DNA of 64,000 bases. It comes from Eledone cirrhosa. Its lineage: Eukaryota. The DNA lies in contig OZ024751.1 of the NCBI GenBank assembly GCA_964016885.1, positions 15,066,001 through 15,130,000 on the forward strand. Reading direction: 5' to 3'. The notes below the pieces were generated by a model that made no database searches, was not told where the DNA came from, and was given only the letters and a program-made list of their open reading frames with translations. This document shows, piece after piece, positions 61,701 to 64,000 of this stretch (its first letter is position 1; every line of letters starts with the position of its first letter). Both the position numbers and the translations under genes were made by a program.

Positions 61701-62536
61701 GTTGATATATATATAATATATTATATGTGGATATATGTGTAATATATTATCATCATTTCATTTTACGTCCGCTTTTTCCCTGCTTGCAAGGGTTGGGACG
61801 GGAACTGATTTTGGCTTGATTTCTACAGCTGGATGCCCTTCCTAACACCAACCTCATTTACAGTGAGTGCTGGGTGCTTTTTTGCCGTGGCACCTGCACG
61901 ACCACTTTGCAGTGGAATGATATGGACCCCAGTCCCTATCATCTCATTTCTACAGCTGAGTAAACTGGAGCAATGTGAAATAAAGTGTCTTGCTCAAGGA
62001 AACAACACATCACCCGATCTGAGAATTGAACTCACAACCTTTCGATTGCAGGGCCAATGCTCTAACCACTAAGCCATGTGCCTCCATTATATGTGGATAT
62101 ATATATATATATACACATACATATAGACACACACATATATATACATATTCACATACACACAAACACACACATATATATATATATATAAACTTGTTGACCA
62201 ATAAACCTTTGATGCAAACAAAGCGCTAAAAAACTGTAAGCAGAGGGAACTGACACAGATATTGTTATCAGTACAACAATTTTAATATTTTGCATAAAAA
62301 CATACAAAACCTATAGTCAGTTAGGAAATGAAATATTACATTATATAAGCAATAAGATAGGTACAATTCAAAATTCAAGAAAACCAAGAACCAAGGATAG
62401 AACTATTATTATTTATTTATACATCGCTACAGAGGTTTCAAAGCAGCTAGAGTATCTCATCTTACCAATTGTTTTATATATATATATAGTAATAATAACT
62501 GTGGAGACTAAAATCCAAAGAGGGCTCGATAGGGAT

Positions 62537-62569
<33 letters not shown>

Positions 62570-62571
<2 letters not shown>

Positions 62572-64000
62572 TCATCATCACTGTTTTACATCCGTTCTTC
62601 CACGCTAGCATGGGTTAGACAGGTTGTCCTGTTGTGGGCAGTGTCTGGTCGGCTGACCATGCCTTGCTCATACAGGAACTGATTTGGCTTGATTTCTACA
62701 GCTGGATGCCGTTCCTAACACCAACCTCATTTACAGTGAGTGCTGGGTGCTTTTTCGTGGCGCCTACACGTCCACTTTACAGTGTGGGCTGGGTGCTTTT
62801 TTGCCGTGGCACCTCCACAACCTCCTTGCAGTGGGAGGGTGTAGGGGTATATTGTCTATATGCTTCAGCTTGTACCCATGGGAGGTCGGGTACTCTGTAT
62901 TACTGCGTGACGCCAGAGGTCACGGTCGTGTGTCATCGCCTTTGAGAGGTGTAATTGGGTAAGGTCGGCTTTTATCACCTCATCCCAGGTCATCTTGGGT
63001 CTCCCCACTCCGCGGTTTCCATCGACTTCTAGTGTTCTGCACCTCTTTAAGCAGCTGTCATCCTTCATATGCATCACATGTCCATACCAATGCAACCGCC
63101 TCTCCTGCACACAGCATTTGATTCCTCTTATGCTCAGTCTCACTCTCAATTCATTTATGCTTTGTCGGTCGCGTATATTACTATTACACATCCATCGGAG
63201 CATGCAGGCTTCGTTTCTCTCTAATCTACGCAAGTCTTCCACCTTCAGCGCCCAGGTCTCATTACCATGTAACATTGCTGTTCGGATACACGCATCATAC
63301 AGTCTGCCTTTCATTTTGAGAGAGAAGCCTTTTGCAGCTAGCAGTGGCAGTAGTTCCCTGAAGTTCTTCCATCCCGTTCTTACTCTAGTTATTGTACTTT
63401 CTGAACACCCACTTCCGCTGCTAATTCGGTCACCTAGGTAGCAGAAGCTGTCTACTGTCTCTACAGAGCCCTCCCAGAGATTGGTGGTACTTGTTTCCTG
63501 TGGCTGTTTGCTGCTTGCTGTCCCAGTACAGCTGCTGCATGTGAAGCCTACATTCTTAATTAAGCTTCCTGAGATCCCGCTACATCTCTTGTCTACCCAT
63601 TGTTTGCATTTGGGGCAGAGAATGGAGTTCCTACCTACATCTTTCCTACATACTGAGCAAGGCCATTTCTCTGAGGGGATCTGGGTTCTGTTTTCTCGTC
63701 TACTTACAAGGACCTTAGTCTTTGTCATGTTAACTTTGAGACCCTTTCTTTCTAGTCCCTGCTTCCAAGTTTGGAATTTCTTCTCTAGTTCTACCATAGA
63801 TTCAGCTATAAGTGCGAGGTCATCAGCATACAGGAGTTCCCATGGGCATCCGGTCTTAAACTCCTCCGTTATTGCCTGCAGGACTATGATGAACAGGAGA
63901 GGGCTAAGAACAGAGCCCTGGTGGACACCAACCTGTACGCTAAATTCTTCGCTATACTCATTGCTAATCCTAACTTTGCTGACTGCTCCCCTATACATGG
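62570..64000 (-). mobile_element. Young RTE-clade LINE: open RT/C-terminal ORF (62865-63998, continuing beyond the window), 3'UTR and (GAT)n tail
   Basis: GVHQGSVLSPLLF, ELLYADDLAL, GLKVNMTKTK, FCYLGD, LHGNETW and GRPKMTW motifs in an uninterrupted 377-aa frame. Confidence 0.96.

Noticed and set aside
62010-62085. Possible tRNA genes (also ~41680-41749, ~13525-13600)
   Set aside because: They have A/B boxes but poor anticodon and acceptor stems and continue into SINE bodies, so they are SINE heads.
62995-63441. 148-aa plus-strand ORF (also 49501-50055)
   Set aside because: It is an antisense shadow of the RTE ORF.

Overview
AT-rich, repeat-dense animal genomic DNA. The repeat landscape of tRNA-derived SINEs, RTE LINEs with (GAT)n tails and (TA)n/(CA)n microsatellites is most suggestive of a coleoid cephalopod such as Octopus; this is inference. 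Three intron-containing genes can be read by hand: the last coding exon of NDUFA13/GRIM-19 (+, 843-1047); an apparently complete 11-exon FAM172A/ARB2A-like alpha/beta-hydrolase-fold gene (+, ~7395-30597, ~466 aa); and six exons of a TSPAN3-like tetraspanin (-, 47644-35057, first exon not found in the window), convergent with FAM172A. Introns are filled with RTE, CR1 and CRE LINE fragments, Tc1/mariner (DD37D, DD41D), Tc2, hAT and piggyBac-type MITEs, modular SINEs and minisatellites. Most ORF-track entries are spurious. The most notable observations are: (i) a dispersed set of minimal hammerhead-ribozyme-like motifs and near-perfect fold-back palindromes at (TA)n tracts, consistent with Penelope-like retroelement termini, several lying in or near the tetraspanin transcript; (ii) a clear twin-priming 5' inversion in a non-L1 LINE; (iii) a FAM172A with a signal-peptide-like N-terminus, an apparently intact Ser/Asp/His set and a KDEL-like C-terminus; (iv) a CRE/CR1 3'-end fusion. 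No prokaryotic systems or CRISPR arrays are supported.
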